This document shows, one piece after another, positions 63,540 through 64,000 of a stretch of DNA of 64,000 nucleotides. Within the stretch, counting starts at the first letter, position 1; the number at the start of each line of letters is the position of its first letter. The stretch spans positions 496,001 through 560,000 of the forward strand of contig JAYWIR010000044.1 in assembly GCA_036172245.1 (NCBI GenBank), read 5' to 3'. This DNA is from Raillietiella orientalis (Eukaryota). The position numbers and the translations under genes are program-made. The notes below the pieces were generated by a model, which made no database searches, was not told the DNA's origin, and saw nothing but the letters and a program-made list of their open reading frames with translations.

Positions 63540-64000
63540 ATTTCCGCAGTCAGCAAGGAAAGGCAACAAATCAAAGAGCGCCTAGCTGAGAGAAAGGATG
63601 TTCCCTCTTAATGCAACTGATCCGTCCTTTGGATAATGGGCAGGTCTTCTTTATGGGTTTCGAATGGACACTCAATTGTTTCCTTGCAATAAAAGGGTCA
63701 AATAAATCACAAAAACTTGGGTCCCAGTATAATTTGCCTTTTATTCCTCGCACCAAGGAGGTGAGCGCGGTGCGCCCGCTTGGGCAGCAAACAAGGTGGG
63801 GGTCAGCTTAGGGATTCGGTTGCATGGAAACCAGATTCATTCGAGATTCTCCGGAATGCTCCACTTCTCCAGGACCGTTCTTGAGCATCATAAAGCTGTC
63901 GGATCTCTAGTCGTCCAGCCGTTCGATCCAGCGAGGCTGCGACTGCTTCTGACGAGGCTGCATGGCAAAAGCCTGCAGCCATTCTTATAAAAGGTTCTTC
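63540..64000 (-). mobile_element. RLE-type RT fragment running off the window
   Basis: LAGSNGWTTRDPTAL...LEKWSIPEN (PG.DG..W..DP..L...IP..W). Confidence 0.35.

Noticed and set aside
1..64000. CRISPR arrays, rRNA genes, prokaryotic operons, hammerhead ribozymes, and the remaining short six-frame ORFs
   Set aside because: No spaced direct repeats or rRNA motifs; the CTGATGA hits I checked lack a paired GAAA core; short ORFs are shadows of decayed TEs.

Overview
Eukaryotic, probably arthropod, non-genic DNA; the taxon is inferred from the histone H2B remnant. The window is a dense graveyard of decayed transposons: about a dozen NeSL/Utopia/R2-type (restriction-like endonuclease, RLE) non-LTR retrotransposon remnants, several L1/Tx1-type 3' fragments, five copies of a tRNA-headed SINE-like repeat, an internally deleted Tigger/pogo element, Gypsy fragments and an H2B pseudogene. 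Within this decay stand three uninterrupted ~200-230 aa ORFs (3909-4595 +, 18306-18911 -, 25335-25934 +) and one pseudogene (7793-8417 -). They correspond to the N-terminal three-zinc-finger region of the RLE elements. Two end in a PxDLS (CtBP-binding-type) motif, the pseudogene has a decayed version, and these three share a stop at the same position, while their downstream RT/RLE sequence is destroyed. This suggests a domesticated retrotransposon-derived zinc-finger repressor family. Two of these genes sit head-to-head inside a near-identical 3.18-kb inverted repeat (15115-18293 / 25947-29126) whose identity starts 12 nt after each stop codon. All family assignments come from motif recognition by eye without database searches, and remnant boundaries are approximate.
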